Position numbers and translations under genes: made by a program. Below are positions 23,415 through 38,179 of a stretch of DNA of 64,000 bases, one piece after another. Every line of letters begins with the position of its first letter. Within the stretch, counting starts at the first letter, position 1. The notes under the pieces are model-generated. The model did not search any database and was not told where the DNA came from. It saw only the letters and a program-made list of their open reading frames with translations. This DNA comes from Antedon mediterranea. Taxonomy: Eukaryota > Animalia > Echinodermata. The stretch spans positions 33,096,388 through 33,160,387 of the forward strand of contig NC_092670.1 in the NCBI RefSeq assembly GCF_964355755.1. The letters are read 5' to 3'.

Positions 23415-26400
23415 TGTAACGCGAAATTTGGTCCGGGGCCAAAACTGATCCGGCCCGATCAATTTTGGCGTTGAAACAACCGCTAAAACAGGTCCGGCTA
23501 GGCCAAAACTGGTCTGGCCTTCAAAATCGCTTATTTATCCTTAAAAATGTCATAAGAAGCCTGGAAAAAGTCCAAATGGTTAATGTAAACTATGCTTAGA
23601 GTAAATATCCTAAATATTACCGTGAAATCGAAAAGAAATTATCGAAACGGAGTGATTCAAAATGTGCAAGGGATAAATCGGCGTTTCGGTTCGGAATCTT
23701 CCATTATTCCATTGTAAAAATCGTAGTAGCGTAGTAAAAAAAGGACTTTTCATTCATTGTTGTATTTATATATTTTGATTAAATAAGGTTTGATTATATA
23801 TTCTCACATATTTCCTCATTTTCCAATTTATCTTATTCGCAGATGATAACAATATTTTCTTTTCTCACAAAAATTTAAACACTCTTGTTAATGTTAATTC
23901 TGAGCTTGATAGTTTCTTTAGGTTTAGGCCTACACATCTAAAACTAACTTCATCTACTTTACACAAAAGAACAGCCGTAACAATACTTTTCCTTTTGAAA
24001 TTATAACCGATGGAAACCCAATATAAAAAGGAAACAATTTAAAATTTGTTTGGGTTCAAATTCAAATTGATTCAAAATTGAACTGGCAAACACACATTGC
24101 GATTACTAATAAAACAGTGTCTAAAAATGTTGGTGTTTTAAGTAAATTAAAATATATTCTTCCATACAATATTTTATTTTTGCTTTACAACACTCTCATT
24201 TTACCATACTTAACCTACTGTAATATTGCTTGGGCTTCAATTTCTAACAACATTTTGCAGACTGATCCTTGGACTATTCCATCAACATCCAAAATTCACT
24301 GTCTCTTTAAGCTTCAAAAGAAGGCTCTAAGGATTGGCACTGGAGAAACCCCAAGATCCCATACAAGGCAATTATTCCATCAGGTAAACACTTTAAACAT
24401 ATTTGATATTAACAAACTGCAAACTCTTGTATTTATGTTTCATGTTATTAATAACCAAAACTCCTTTCTCATTTTAACTCGTTGTTTACAGTGTTTAGTT
24501 AGCGTCATCCTTATAAGACGAGGTCATCTACCCGGAAACATTTTATTTATGAAAAGTACACTATAGCCCTCAGGAAAAATTCTTTCATTTTTAACTGACC
24601 ATTTTTATCGAATAATTTAACTTTAAACATTAGATTATCACGAACATTACTTTCGTTTTAAAAAAAATACAAACAGTTCTTAATCCATCTATTCTTTAGA
24701 TAGTTAATAAGTTTGTTACTATGGAATTTATTTCTTACTTTTCCTTCTATTTATATTCAATCAAATCTGAATGGCTTTTTTGTTCGTTTTTTTTAGAAAG
24801 CAATTTACGTTACCATGTACAATGTGATGTATTTGGCTTATTGAGTTTCCACACATAAACAAATAATTAACCAGGTTTTTAAAATTGTTTTCTTTGTCTT
24901 GTCTTGTCATATCTTATGTGGAACAATAAAATGAATGAATAAATGAATGTTATCGTTCCAAATTAATACATTTTCAGTATATCACCGATCGGTTTAGAAT
25001 TTGCACTGAAGGGTTTAAAAAAGAGGGTTCTCATATAATATTGTTTGTTGAATATTCCATTTTAATCGATTTTGAATTTGTCATCTTCGTGTTTGATTAT
25101 GATAACGTCGTCATACCAATGATGTGTGTTTCGTAATTTCACCTATGCTACATTGTATATAGTAAATACTGTATATTGTATATGAAACATACACAACTCA
25201 GCACTATAATAAGCGTAGCCTATGCATCAGCTCATAGGATGACACATCAACGTTTTGCGCGATCGTATTTTAACGTAACTGCATGCATCTGTTTTAAAAT
25301 GAAATGTCAGTAAAATTATAAAATGATCACCTATTTATTCTTCAAAGTGAGGATTTAAATTTTAGTTATTCTTTGTCTGCATACATATTACAAAATTTAG
25401 ATTTCAGAAATACTCATGGTTTCAGCCGATACGATAGTAAATGAATTTGACACGAATTTAGACGAGCACGATATAAAAGAATACTTTTATTGTTTTTTTA
25501 ATTTATGAGGACTACTGAGCCTTCCTTTCCGCCAAAAAAAAAGAAAAAAAAATGTTTTCACTTATATTTATAAAAATAAAAAACAAACGGTTATATTAAA
25601 CCAAAAGCCCATTGGCTGTTGGTACGTTTTTTTCAGGAAAACAAAATTGTTTTGATCCATTTTTGGTCAAAGTGAATAACTATTATGGAACATTACCATT
25701 TTTCAGGGGAAAATACATCCTCAATGCATCAACAAATGTCCCTCCTAAAACTTTAGGTTTTTTCAAAATTATTTCGCATTTAAAAATAGCTAGATTGTGT
25801 CGTTAATATAGTTAAGTTTCGCCAAGACACTCTGTGCGCCATCTATTTCGTGTAGAAAAGTACAGTAGGCCTATAATCTACATGATAATGCAAAAAAATA
25901 CATTTTATATACAGTATACTCGGTGTTGAACACGTCGGTTCCCACTTGTGATGACACGCAAGTTTGTTCTTAAGGCGCACTATGCGTCGATCTGGAAACT
26001 AATTCCAGCTCTTAAAATATTTCCCGGGCCAAATTTGGCAGAATATATTCAAATTATGATTTGACAAGAAGTAAAAAGAACGAACGATATAGGCATCAGC
26101 GTTCTGCAAATTTTGGTTATAAATCGGTCGTTTCCTGCGACATATCATCTGTTTCACGGCTTCCATAATTCCGAATAATTATGCCATTATGTCAACGTTC
26201 ACAAAGATAAAAGCCATTCAAAACAAAGATTGAAATAAAAAATATTCCCTCCAAAATTACAAGTTGCCGATTTTGTTACGGTTCCAATGTGATTAGTGAC
26301 GATAGTGTGTTCACGTTTAATTTATTTTTTCGCTAAGACTATTACGAAACTCGTGTTCATCATTCGTCGTATAGCCAAATTCTTGAATGTGGGAACCGGT

Positions 26401-27313
26401 CGTTCCACTGTGGTGTCGTTTGTCGATTTTTGATCTTAGTATTGCTACCCATATCGATTGTTATTATCGTTGTTGTTTTATACTATTAATAATAAGAGGC
26501 ACTTGGTGGCCACTTGTGTCCCAAAATGTGGACTGGGAAAAAATAAGGCAGGTATAATTTCTTACAAAGGAAAAAAAAAATACTGATAGCAGTAATGACA
26601 ACAACCTAAAATAATTATACTAATAATAATTAACGTTCTATATTTTATTATTAATCATTATTAAATACGCCCAAGACGTATTCAGTTTGTACATAATATC
26701 TAAGATCTTCTTAGACATAATATAAAATTACTAATAATAATAATAATGTTATTGTTTCTCTTTATATAACAGAGGCACAATTCTCAAGAGATGTGCAACA
26801 AAATAAAATAAATATAGACTTATCTTAATACAAAATCAAATGCAACCATTTATAAAATATTATTACATTAAAAAGTATATAAACACTAGGTTATAAAAAT
26901 ACATTCAATACATTTAAGCGAAAAGTAAAAGATTGTGTTATGGAAGGATATTATTATAAATTTCATTGCGTTACTAGAGGGCGCTATTAGTTTTAAACAA
27001 ACTGAACAATAGAATATCCCAAAATCCGATTAGAGTCTCTTTAATTAGTGTTTCGATAATTTCTTTTCGTTTGTACGGTAATATTTAGTATATTTACTTT
27101 AAGCTTAGTTTACTTTAACCATTTGAACTGTTTGCAGGCTTCTTAACACATTTTAAAGAATAAATAAGCGATTTTAAAGGCCGGACCAGTTTTGGCCTAG
27201 CCGGACCGGTTTTAGCGGCTGTTCAACGCCAAAATCGATCCGGCCGGACCAGTTTTGGCGGCAAAAACTGATCCGGCCGGACCGATTTTGGCCGGATCAA
27301 TTTTGGCGTGATA
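23415..27313. mobile_element. Non-autonomous DNA transposon with ~270-bp imperfect TIRs containing ccggcc/aaaactggtcc subrepeats
   Basis: 23415-23690 is inverted relative to ~27025-27313; absent from copy B at ~63018; superfamily not determined. Confidence 0.78.
23810..24948 (+). mobile_element. Degenerate L2/CR1-group LINE 3' fragment
   Basis: LFADD-like motif at ~23834; LYNTLILPYLTYCNIAW, LQKKALRI (ORF 24078-24566); AATAAA + (AATG)n tail. Confidence 0.75.
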
Positions 27314-27507
27314 ACAGACAGAAACATGGATTACACGTCGACATCAATCGTCATTGTAGTAGACCGAACTGCTAGTTATTTAAAACAACGTTACACACTG
27401 CCTTCTATTGTACTGACTGCCGCCAAAGAGACAATTAGCGTCAGGTTATATTAAATCATACATATACACGTGTAACTAATCACTACAATTAGCACGCAAA
27501 TGTACGA

Positions 27508-27832
27508 TGAGTGAATGACCGAGCGGTTAAGACAGTGGAACCGTAATTACGTAGCCATAACATCGGCAGGGGTTCGAGGCTCACTCACTCCATGGTTCTG
27601 GTGGTATAACGAGTCTTCTCGGATAAGGACTATAAACCGTAGGTCCAGTGTACACGTCTAGCTCGTGTGCACTTTAAAGAACCTAGTACATCTTTCGAGA
27701 CAAGTAGGGGGTTACCCAGGTGTATTAGTACATCACAGCCACTGATCACCAACTGGGCCCTCTGGGAGACCAGTCTTTGACTGCTGAAGAGGTTACCCAG
27801 TATAAATATAAATTTCAATCAATCAATTTCAA
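27508..27832 (+). mobile_element. tRNA-derived SINE, copy 1
   Basis: A-box (tgaccgagcggttaag), B-box-like ggttcgaggctc, (TCAA)n tail; near-identical to 51372-51687; absent from copy B. Confidence 0.88.
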
Positions 27833-29469
27833 TGTTTATTGGTCTTGGTTAACATGTTTTGAATAACAGAGCCATGGGTTTAAGTCATGGTTCTGTAACA
27901 ACATCCGAACTTATCTTACGACTAGTTAATTTTGAGTATGTAAAATGTTGGATATAGAGTACTGCGGTGCTGACATCGATGTGTAGACGATAGGTAGCGC
28001 TGCGTGGTTGCTAGCCAACCAAAAAAGCGTTAAACCTTCCTGACACCGATGGTTTTGAATAGGCTTATTGAATAGTCATTTTAAAACATAATAACTTTCA
28101 ATAAAAAGAAACTAACATTTCAAAAGAGCACTAAATATTTGTTTTTAATAATTTACGTATTCTTCAACTCCATTTTAAGTTTTTAAAAATCAAGCTAAGA
28201 TACATAGTTTGATAGAAATACAGATTTATATAGTTTATCGAACGCACTTCTTGGTTGGCTAGCAACGATACTTCCGGGTAATAATTATGGTACAAAAAAA
28301 AATACTGCTATACTAAAGTAGAAATATTTTCAAACTCACCAGCATCACCAATGACGTAGTATGTACCAACTAAAATTGACAGTAAAATACGTTTTTTTGG
28401 TATCATTTTGACACCAAATACTATAATCGGTGTATATACAAGCAAAAATATCACTGAACTTATTCCACTGATTGGAATTTTTTTGTGCACTAAATAATCA
28501 ATACGAGAATAAACTAACGAAATGCCAAGGATAAAATTAGACGTGTCATGACATCTGATATTGTTATATCAAATGTACTATAGAATAATATTATTTTGTA
28601 TCATGTTTTAAAAGCTACTATCATATTACCTCACATCGTTGTATTAATAAACTACTTATAATTAGCACAGGAAAACTGACATGTAACAAAGTATAATATA
28701 TCGCTTACAATATTAGCTTGTCAATTCCAAATAGTATTAATTACTACTAGATTCATTTATGGTTTGAAAACTGTAGATTCAAAATGAATTATATACTTGA
28801 GCAATTACAAAAATACATGTCAAATATGGAGGGCAGTATGATTTTACTTACAAATGTATTGTCCCCTTTACTAATTCCCCCCCCCCCCCCCACAAAAAAA
28901 AATATATGAAAAAAAAGATTGTGAAAAAAAGTGGGTCATTTTAAAGTATCATAATAGTTATTAACTTTCACCGAAAATTAGTCGAAAAAAAAAATCATTT
29001 AACTGAAATACAGACGTTTTTTTGTTTAATAAAATAACTGACTACTCTAAAAAAGTATGCAAAAAAGTGTTTGCACAAACCAAAAAACAACGAGAGCTCT
29101 GAAGAAAGAGTCCGAAAATGAAGTCAAGACGACAGAAGAAAAAACAAAGTGTATTGAAAAAAGAAGATTAAGAAAGAGAAATCTTAATAATATGTATTAT
29201 AAATATTGTAATTTCCTTGTTAAGCTCTTTATATGGCAAGCCTCAGCTGTCTGAAGTATTCAAAATATTATATTATTATATCATTTTTTTATTATATTAT
29301 AAATTGCATTGTAATGAATTATACGTTTTGCATTATATTACTTGGTTTTAGCATTATATTATATCTATTTAAAATATATTATGTTACAAATATAACAAAT
29401 TATTGACTTTTTGTATTATATTATTCGGTTTTGGCATTATATTATGAACATTTACTATTATATTATTAA

Positions 29470-32190
29470 AGATGTATTGTCCCTTTGACTATAATTCCAA
29501 AATATTTTTTTTTTTAATTTCGAAAAAAAGTGGGTCATTTTGAAGTATCATAATAGTTATTAACTTTCACCAAAAATTAGTAAAAAAAAAAATAATTTAA
29601 CCGAAATACAGATGTTTTTTTTGTTCAAAAAATAACTTTGACTTCCAGTCAAAGTTTTCAATCAAAACATATCCCATAATGCAATGCGCTTGTTTGGCTA
29701 CTCTGTATGCATAATCATAAACTTCCTCGCGATCTGTGTGAAAACACCTTCTCAAACGTGATGAGTTGTAAACAATCCTAATTATCATCACTAGATGGTA
29801 GGCTCGCTTCGCTCGCGTACCATCTAGGTCGTGCCCACAGATGGTTCTCGAATACATAATAATTTCAGCGTTAAAAAACTGGCGATTTCAAATGTACGTA
29901 CCGCAGGACAATAATACATGTCGTTTACAGGAACGAATAAATAGACACTGTGATTTATGTACTCAACTAAAATTAGCACCCTATTACTTCCGAAAGAGAA
30001 ACTTGTCACAAAATAAGACCAATAATTGTTTAAGTCAAAATATATTCTTTATCCATTTAGTAACGAAATATTAATTGCTTTCATGTTTTACAAATAATAT
30101 ACCACTAAACACAGTAAAACATTGCGATGTAATACTTTGTTGGAACTATCACCGTCCTAGTCGATTGAAATAGTACAGCACATGTAACGATACATCACTG
30201 TGACCTCCAGTCACGTGTAAAAGGCAAATAACAGAAACTTGTAACGCGTTATTGTGTCAAACGGTTTTAACTGAAATTTAATAGAAAAAATAAACAAGAA
30301 TTAACATCAAATACTAATTAAGCACTGTATTGTACATACTGAAGATTTCTATAGTCAATTCCTTTATATAACATATAAACAATCTTATTGGCCTATTCTG
30401 CAGCTGCGCACTACTTGTGCTCAGTCAAGCGTAACAAACATAATTCTGCACGCCGTGATAACTCACATGGTCTATCCATGAAGAATTCTATATTGAAATA
30501 TAAGTTTCCAATTACATAGCTAATCTAACTACACATGAACTACTAAAATGTTGATCACATAAACTACAATATCGTAGGTAAATCTACCACAGAATACGAT
30601 GAATGTCAATCATAATATATAAAGTTATAATATAATTAAAAGCTTCCAACTAATCTATATAGTCAGGCGAACAGCGCTAATCGCATCTTTTAGGCTAGCA
30701 TAATGCTGCACACAATGGATGGTAACAATCAAGGATGATCGAAACTTAAACTTACAAAATAAAGAAAACTATAAAGTTACAAATACTAAATCTTACGTCA
30801 TATGATTCCTAAGTTATTAATTAAATGTATGATAATAATTAAAAGCATATAAAAACATACATCTATCTGTGACTATGCCTTTTGGAATAAAACATGGTGA
30901 AGATGACTGCTCACTTTTCGGAGAAAACAACACAGTAACCTCGGTAACATGAGAAGCAAGGCAATTTAAATAAAGTATGGGACGCCAAATGCGTCGTACT
31001 CAAGCTGTAACAATCACTACCACGTGTATATGTTTATATAATGTAAAGCAATTTGTGAAAACCACCTCTATTCGGAGAAAATCATAAATTCGATTTAATC
31101 GTCAATAAATATTAAATTATCTAACTCAACTTAATTAGTAGGCCTAATGGTTTTCAATTGTTTCTTAGAGCCAATTCATACTTAAGTTGGTTCCTACCCT
31201 ACCCACCAAAGTTGTTCTGCGTTTAGGGCATGTGATGTACCGTAGGCCTATTCTCTACTGGTTTTACAACGCTACTCATGCCAGTGAGGGAAAGGTGATG
31301 ATGTGGGTGGGTTAACTGCAATAATAAAGATTTGTACATAATATACGGCGAGTGAAAACGCTAGCTCATTATCCGTTTAAAAAAAAAATATATCCAACCT
31401 CTGCAGCACAGATTGAAAACAAAATTGGATCGAATTTCGAGTATACAGTACTGTACTTGCCTTTACGACGCCTGAGGGAATAGACACTTGTGAAACAGAG
31501 ATTGGAATGTTCCATTCATCGCAAATCAATACATTTGTATAATCGTATATTAAATCTATCAAAATAGTATTTTTTAAAGAAAATCGGCCTGTCTTCAACA
31601 TTATGATGCTGTACTCTAGCTGTTCAACCAGTTTTCAGCTATTAAAAACAATTATCGTAGGAGGAGATAGGAAAATGCGAAGCCTCCTCGTTTTTTTGTG
31701 GCGGGTATTTTTCAAGATGGACATCCATTAGACAGTGTATACCACGATCGGAAAACACCCCTATTTGGGGCAAATCGTTGAACCTAAATTCGTTTTAATC
31801 GTCAATAACTAATTACCTAACTCAATTTAATTAGTAAACAGGGTTACATCAGATGGTTAAAATTAGTACCTAAAGTATGAACCAACTTTATATACCATCG
31901 AGTAAAAATTCTAGAAATAAACCGAGATTTACCGAATTTTGCCCTTACGTAAATTTATATATAGATGCATAATGCATACTCATGGTTTGAAATATTTGTT
32001 TACTTTCGCTTGCGACGATTTCTCAGACGAAATGTAATCTAATTAATTTACCTGTTAATTACGTAAACTGTTGTTTTTGGCTTGAATTTTCGACTTAAAG
32101 TGAATAACTTTAATATTACTTTGATATGGCCAATTTAAATTTAGAATATTTATTTTTTTCATTTTTTGTGTTTCAAGGGACAATACATCT
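29470..32190. mobile_element. Kolobok-like MITE with nested Helitron (related end fragment at ~28853-29060)
   Basis: TIR agatgtattgtccctt / aagggacaatacatct, TTAA TSD on both sides; single TTAA in the opposite arm (~42240). Confidence 0.82.
29791..31965 (-). mobile_element. Non-autonomous Helitron family H1
   Basis: TC..CTAG termini with 3' hairpin, inserted at A|T; carries ~0.8 kb (~30205-31010) not present in the other H1 copies. Confidence 0.88.
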
Positions 32191-32421
32191 TTAATAAAAT
32201 ACATTATATTATAATATAATTGTATTCTATTAAACCCATTTACCGTACTTTATAACATACAACATTATTATATTATACGGATTCGTTAGTTAGATTATTA
32301 TTTTGTATGATGTTTATTATACGTCACGGCTTATTTCACTTCTTCTAACTCTTTCTCTCCCTCCCCCTGTTCAATAGCAATCAGCGGCAGAATCTGAATT
32401 GTGTGACTGTTGAAGAATAAC

Positions 32422-32451
32422 CAGGGAGTTGTTATTAGTAACAACTCCCTG
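32422..32451. mobile_element. 30-bp CA..TG palindrome with 7-bp TSD (probable P-element excision footprint)
   Basis: gaataac-CAGGGAGTTGTTATTAGTAACAACTCCCTG-gaataac; the opposite fold-back arm (~42012) has a single gaataac. Confidence 0.8.
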
Positions 32452-33334
32452 GAATAACTATACTACTAGGCCTGCTAGGGGATTACAATAATACTACTAC
32501 AATAACTACTACAACTGCTACTACTTAGGCCTAGCTAGTAGAGTACTAGGTAGCTACTACTAGGCCTAGGCTCTCTAGGGCGTATGTATGATGTCAACTA
32601 CTAGGCTTCTAGGCCTACTAGTAGTACTAGGCTAGGCCTAGACTTAAGTTGTAGTAGGCTAGGGCCGGGACTGCTGCCTTTGGCTAGGCTACTACTACTA
32701 CTACTACTACTACTACCAGGCAGCCAGCCAGCCCATGATGGGTACGAGTAAGCCAAAATGTTGGATACAAGTAAACCAAAATTTAGGTACGAGCGAGTTG
32801 GCATGGCACGGGTACGGATTGACCTGTATCCTTCTAGCTAATCGTACTAGGCCTAGGCCTCTAGTAAGTCTACGCTACCCAGTCCGGCTACAATATGGTC
32901 TATTTTGTTTTATAGCTTTATTGATAGCTGGGTTCAAATCTGGGTTGGGACGACTTTTTCTCATTCTAAAACAGATTTCTTTATCATAATAAAATAATAT
33001 ATGAATTTATTTGTAATATTGTAATGTATACATAATATAAGATTAGTAATAGCCATTGCATTTATTATTATTAATTTTATATTATACGGTTACCCCTTAA
33101 TTATACTATAGTATAATCTCCTTGTTATATTTTACAATATTTTCTTCATAATTCTACAATTTTGTCTTTCACAGCACAAATTTATCATACTGAATCATCA
33201 CACACCAAGTCTCATAAATCTCTACTGTATTTGTCCAAGCTACTCCAGCTACATGGCCTCATGCCTTGAGGCTAAACTACACGGTATACTGGGACTACCA
33301 TCATTCCTGGCTCGTCAACCTGGACCACATAAGC

Positions 33335-33500
33335 ACAGTTTCAGTTTCAGTTTATTTACCATTTCAATTTCTGAACATAAGAGATGAACAACTTATATGG
33401 AGAGATAACCGTAAGAGCGAAGCTCGTTTACCGGTCACCCGTTAGTGCAGTGACATTACAGACAACACAGGACAGCAATACATAACAAGACATGTGAACA
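33335..33500 (-). mobile_element. LINE 3'-tail fragment with stem-loop and (TGAAAC)n, present in both fold-back arms (mirror ~35330-35500)
   Basis: gagc-ttc-gctc hairpin, AATAAA, ctgaaactgaaact tail. Confidence 0.55.
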
Positions 33501-36257
33501 CTTGTGTTTGCCATCCCTTGGATAAAATAATATATTTATATAAATGAGAAAGTTAGATATTATAATATTTCTTTTTGATCATACAATGATAATTTTTTAA
33601 TTACTTCTTAAGAAGTCATACTACTGATTCAACATAGTGACTTACACCCTTTGGTCAAGGCTTTTTTTGCTCTTATGCTTATTTCCTCCAACATACAGAG
33701 TACCATGGAGTAAGAAAGTACATAGGACTTTTTGTATTCATAACTGTTGAATTGCACTCCCAATACATAGTACCTATTGGTATTATATCTAAAAATAAAA
33801 AGGCGGCTAACACAGATAGTTCCATATACAGTACTCTCTTATAAATAGATGTATCTCTCCAGTCTACTCCCTAATCTAATAATAGTACTACAGTATTAGC
33901 ATACTACTATACACTTGTAGACAAGAAGTAAGTTGTATACACCTAGAGGACTTATGGTAGTACAGTCGAACGCCTTCTCACTGGCCCGGTCAACATAATC
34001 TATACCTAAATTATTACAGTAATTAAAGTACATTATTACAGAGATTTTTTTTTTTTTTGCAGAAATCGAAGTTATGTGTATAGAAAGCTTACTCGTATTA
34101 AAAACTAAGCAGGTTGTACTCTTGAACGCAAACTGGCAGGATATTTTGAAAATTTTTTATTGTTGAAATGAATGGAATCCTAACTTCTTTGCAACAACTG
34201 GAGACGAAGACATATTATGACCCTTTTATTTAAATTTATTTGAATAGACCTCCATGTAAATTCATTAAAGGCTATATGTTTGTTTTATATTTTAATATGT
34301 AATAGTAGAAAATCATTGTGTATAATGAGGACTATGAATCTGATATTCACTTACATTCTCATCTTTTTTAAATTTTATTTATAATGCTGGTAATGAGTTT
34401 AAAATTTAATTATATTGACTAGTTTTGATAATCATTATGTCCTTATAAATGCATTTATATTTCTTTTGTGTAATATAGTTCATATATTATGTATTAAATA
34501 AATTGGTAAGGCCCTATACTGTTATTATTTAATGAAAGTTTATATACACTTATTTTATGCCTACCAATATTAGTATTAATTGTTAATATAAATATTTTGT
34601 CTAATTGCCTTGATTTTTTGTATAGGCCAATGGCATCAATGTTTTTCTCAAAGCAAATTAGCCTAATAATGCCACCTTTAGACACATGATTCATTGATTT
34701 CTGATATTCTGTACTTGTGTATGCATTACTAAAATAGTAGTTAATATATTTTATAATGTATGTATAAACATATATTCATATTTTTTTTAACATTTTTAAA
34801 TTTAAAAATTATTACAATACCTATCTAATAAAAAAATACCTATCTATCTAAAACCTGCTTAGTTTTTAATACGAGTACTGTTTCTATACACATAACTTAG
34901 ATTTCTGAAAAAAAAAAATCTCTGTAATAATGTACTTTAATGACTGTAATAATTAGATTAGGTAGTTGGGAGTAGTTTGGAGAGATACATCTATTTATAA
35001 GAGAGTACTGTATATATGAGAAACCTATCTGTGTTAGCCACCTTTGTATTTTTAGATATAATACCAATAGGTACTATGTATTGGGAGGCAATTCAACAGT
35101 TATGAATACAAAAAGTCCTATGTACTCTGTATGTTGGAGGAAATAAGCATAAGAGCAAATAAAGCCTTGACCAAAGGGTGTAAGTCACTATTTTGAATCA
35201 GTAGTATGACTTCTTAAGAAGTAATTTAAAAATCATCATCATTGTATGATCAAAAAGAAATATTATAATATCTAACTTTCTCCTTTATATAAAATTAATA
35301 TATTATTTTATCCAAGGGGTTGCAAACACAAGTGTTCACATGTCTTGTTATGTATTGCACCTTTGTCCTGTGTTGTCTGTAATGTCACTGCACTAACGGG
35401 TGACCGGTAAACGAGCTTCGCTCTTACGGTTATCCTTCCATATAAGTTGTTCATCTCTTATGTTCAGAAATTGAAATGGTAAATAAACTGAAACTGAAAC
35501 TGTGCTTATATGGTCCAGGTTGACGAGCCAGGAATGATGGTAGTGCCAGTATACCGTGTAGTTTAGCCTCAAGGCAATACCATTAGCTGGAGTAGCTTGG
35601 ACAAATACAGTAGAGATTTATGAGACTTGGTGTCTGATGATTCAGTATGATAAATTTGTGCTGTGAAAGACAAAATTGTAGAATTATGAAGAAAATATTG
35701 TAAAATATAACAAGGAAATTATACTATAGTCGTATAATTAAGGGGTAAACGTATAATATATAATTAATAATAATAATTGCAATGGCAATTACTAATCTTA
35801 TATTATGTATACATTACAATATTACAAATAAATTCATATATTATTTTATTATGATAAGAAAATATGTTTTAGAATGAGAAAAAGTCGTCCCAACCCAGAT
35901 TTGAACCCAGCTATCAATAAAGCTATAAAACAAAATAGACCATATTTTAGCCGGACTGGTAGCGTAGACTTACTTGAGGCCTAGTACGATTAGCTAGAAG
36001 GATACAGTACAGGTCAATCCGTACCCATGCCATGCCAACTCACTCGTACCCACATTTTGGTTTACTTATATCCAAAATGTTGGCTTACTCGTACCTATAA
36101 TGGGTTGGCTGCCTGGTAGTAGTAGTAGTAGTAGTAGCCTAGCCGAAGGCAGCAGGCCCGGCCCTAGCCTACTACAACTTAAGTCTAGGCCTAGCCTAGT
36201 ACTACTAGTAGGCCTAGGCCTAGCTAGTAGTTAACATCATACATACGCCCTAGAGCC

Positions 36258-36512
36258 TAGTATCAGTATTCAGTATTTATTGGTACTCACTTTCGAATCA
36301 GTGGCACACACCTTTCGGTGGTGCGTCCATACAAATATAAACAACAACATATAAAAGGTAAATGATGATAAAACTTAATAAAAACATAATTAACTTACAT
36401 TGAAAAAAAAAAAAACAAGACAAAAACAAATGTACAGTAGTAATTGCACACTTGAGTAGATACTTAAAAACAATTGTATAACGAGCAAATAAATAAATCG
36501 ATGCAATAGGTC
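36258..36512 (-). mobile_element. Short LINE 3'-end insertion specific to the right arm
   Basis: Minus strand ends AATAAA-tactgaatactgatact after a hairpin; absent from the left arm. Confidence 0.5.
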
Positions 36513-36559
36513 AGTAGTAGTAGTAGTAGCTACCTAGTACTCTACTAGCTAAGCATAAG

Positions 36560-37320
36560 GCCGCTACTGCAGTTTTGCACCACACTGTGATATCTTTGAT
36601 TTCTCGCTTAATTTTTTTCTCACACCCACATCATACAATTTTGGGCCATTATGTAACATGTTCCCATGATTTAGCCACCGTTAATTACCTTTATCATAAC
36701 AAAAAATGCATTTCAAAACAGCTTCTTTTTTCGCGAATACTTCGATCGAACTGTGGCCATTTTAGAATCAGAAAATTGCCAGAAATCAATGTATGTTTTA
36801 TTTTCTGTTTTTATGTTTAAAAAGAGTGGTTTTTATAAAGAACCAGCTGTTGTACATCCATATCAAAACGGCGACGATATGAGTCCGTACATAAAACATT
36901 GATAGGAACCATTAATATGAATAATAATACTAATAATGAAATATTAATTTAACCTTTATTATTTCGTCGACAGCTGAAAACATTTCTTGCTTTTCAAAAC
37001 TAAATAGGCCTAGGCCTATATGTGTAATCGGATTTTATAACACTGCCCTCTATAGTTTATACAATTTTTTGGGTAAAAAGAAGCATAAATTCTGGCAATT
37101 GAGTGATAAATATAAGATGGCGAACATTTCGCAGTGTGTTGACAGCGGGTTCAGTATTGTTTAAAATGTTTTGAAAAGTATTGTTATTTAAAAAAAATTA
37201 CTTAGTAAGTGGTCGAATCGTATAAACATGTTACATAATATTATGTTGTGAGTGTAAAAAACGAAAGTTTAGGTAAGAAATCGAAGATATAACGGTGTGG
37301 TGCGAAACTGCAGTAGCGCC
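36560..37320. mobile_element. Mutator-like MITE, copy 2
   Basis: Same family as 20844-21756; flanking agcataag duplication; absent from the opposite fold-back arm (~32525). Confidence 0.85.
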
Positions 37321-38179
37321 AGCATAAGTAGTAGCAGTTGTAGTAGTTATTGTAGTAGTATTATTGTATTGTAGTATTAGTTGTAGCTGTCCGGTGGTCC
37401 TTGGTCACTGTCTAACTAGCTACGTCTAGGCTAGATCAAAGAATATAATTATATCACAAGAATGAGTAATCCGCGATTTTCCATGTAACAGTAATATTGT
37501 CCATGTAGTAGGGCGCCGCCATAAGTGAGGATGTGTCTGGTATGTATACAACTTTTTGTGACGGTTTCACTAATCAAAGGCTGGACCACCGGTAGTATTT
37601 TCATGATAAAAAATGTTATCAACTACATGCTAACATCATGTTAAATGCTGTTTGGATATTTAATTGTTCGTTTTATGCAATTTATTTAGTAAAAACTGCC
37701 GTATAAACAGTTCACTTTAGCAACCGGGCGCTACGAATGCGTAACCGGGCGTGTTGGTGTTTACGCGTTTTCAAAAAGGATAGTTTAAAAATATTCCTAT
37801 ATATAAATTGTTTCTGGTAAAACAAATAACTGTTAATGAAATTTAACATTTTATCTTATTAATAACATGTATTTTATACTAATTTATATCATAAAAACAA
37901 TTATACTTAATTTACCGGGCGTAGAGTAGTACGCGGCAATGGTAAAGAATAGGCCGTGTGCTGAGTAACGATTCGTTGATTTTTTGTGTTGCTGTGTTAG
38001 GCCTTTTTTGTGAACTAATTTAGCATGTTAGTAAATAATTGTCTGTAAAAGTGAATGTACACTAGTTTGTTAATAAATATGTATTATAAAATAGTTTACA
38101 ATTGTAAAATATATTATCATAATTCTATTTAATGTGACATGTATAATATCTATTAAATCAAGTCTTATTTAGTATGTAT

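Noticed and set aside
28003-28267. ~27-bp inverted repeat pair (gttgctagccaaccaa)
   Set aside because: Possibly a MITE remnant, but ends and TSD could not be defined.
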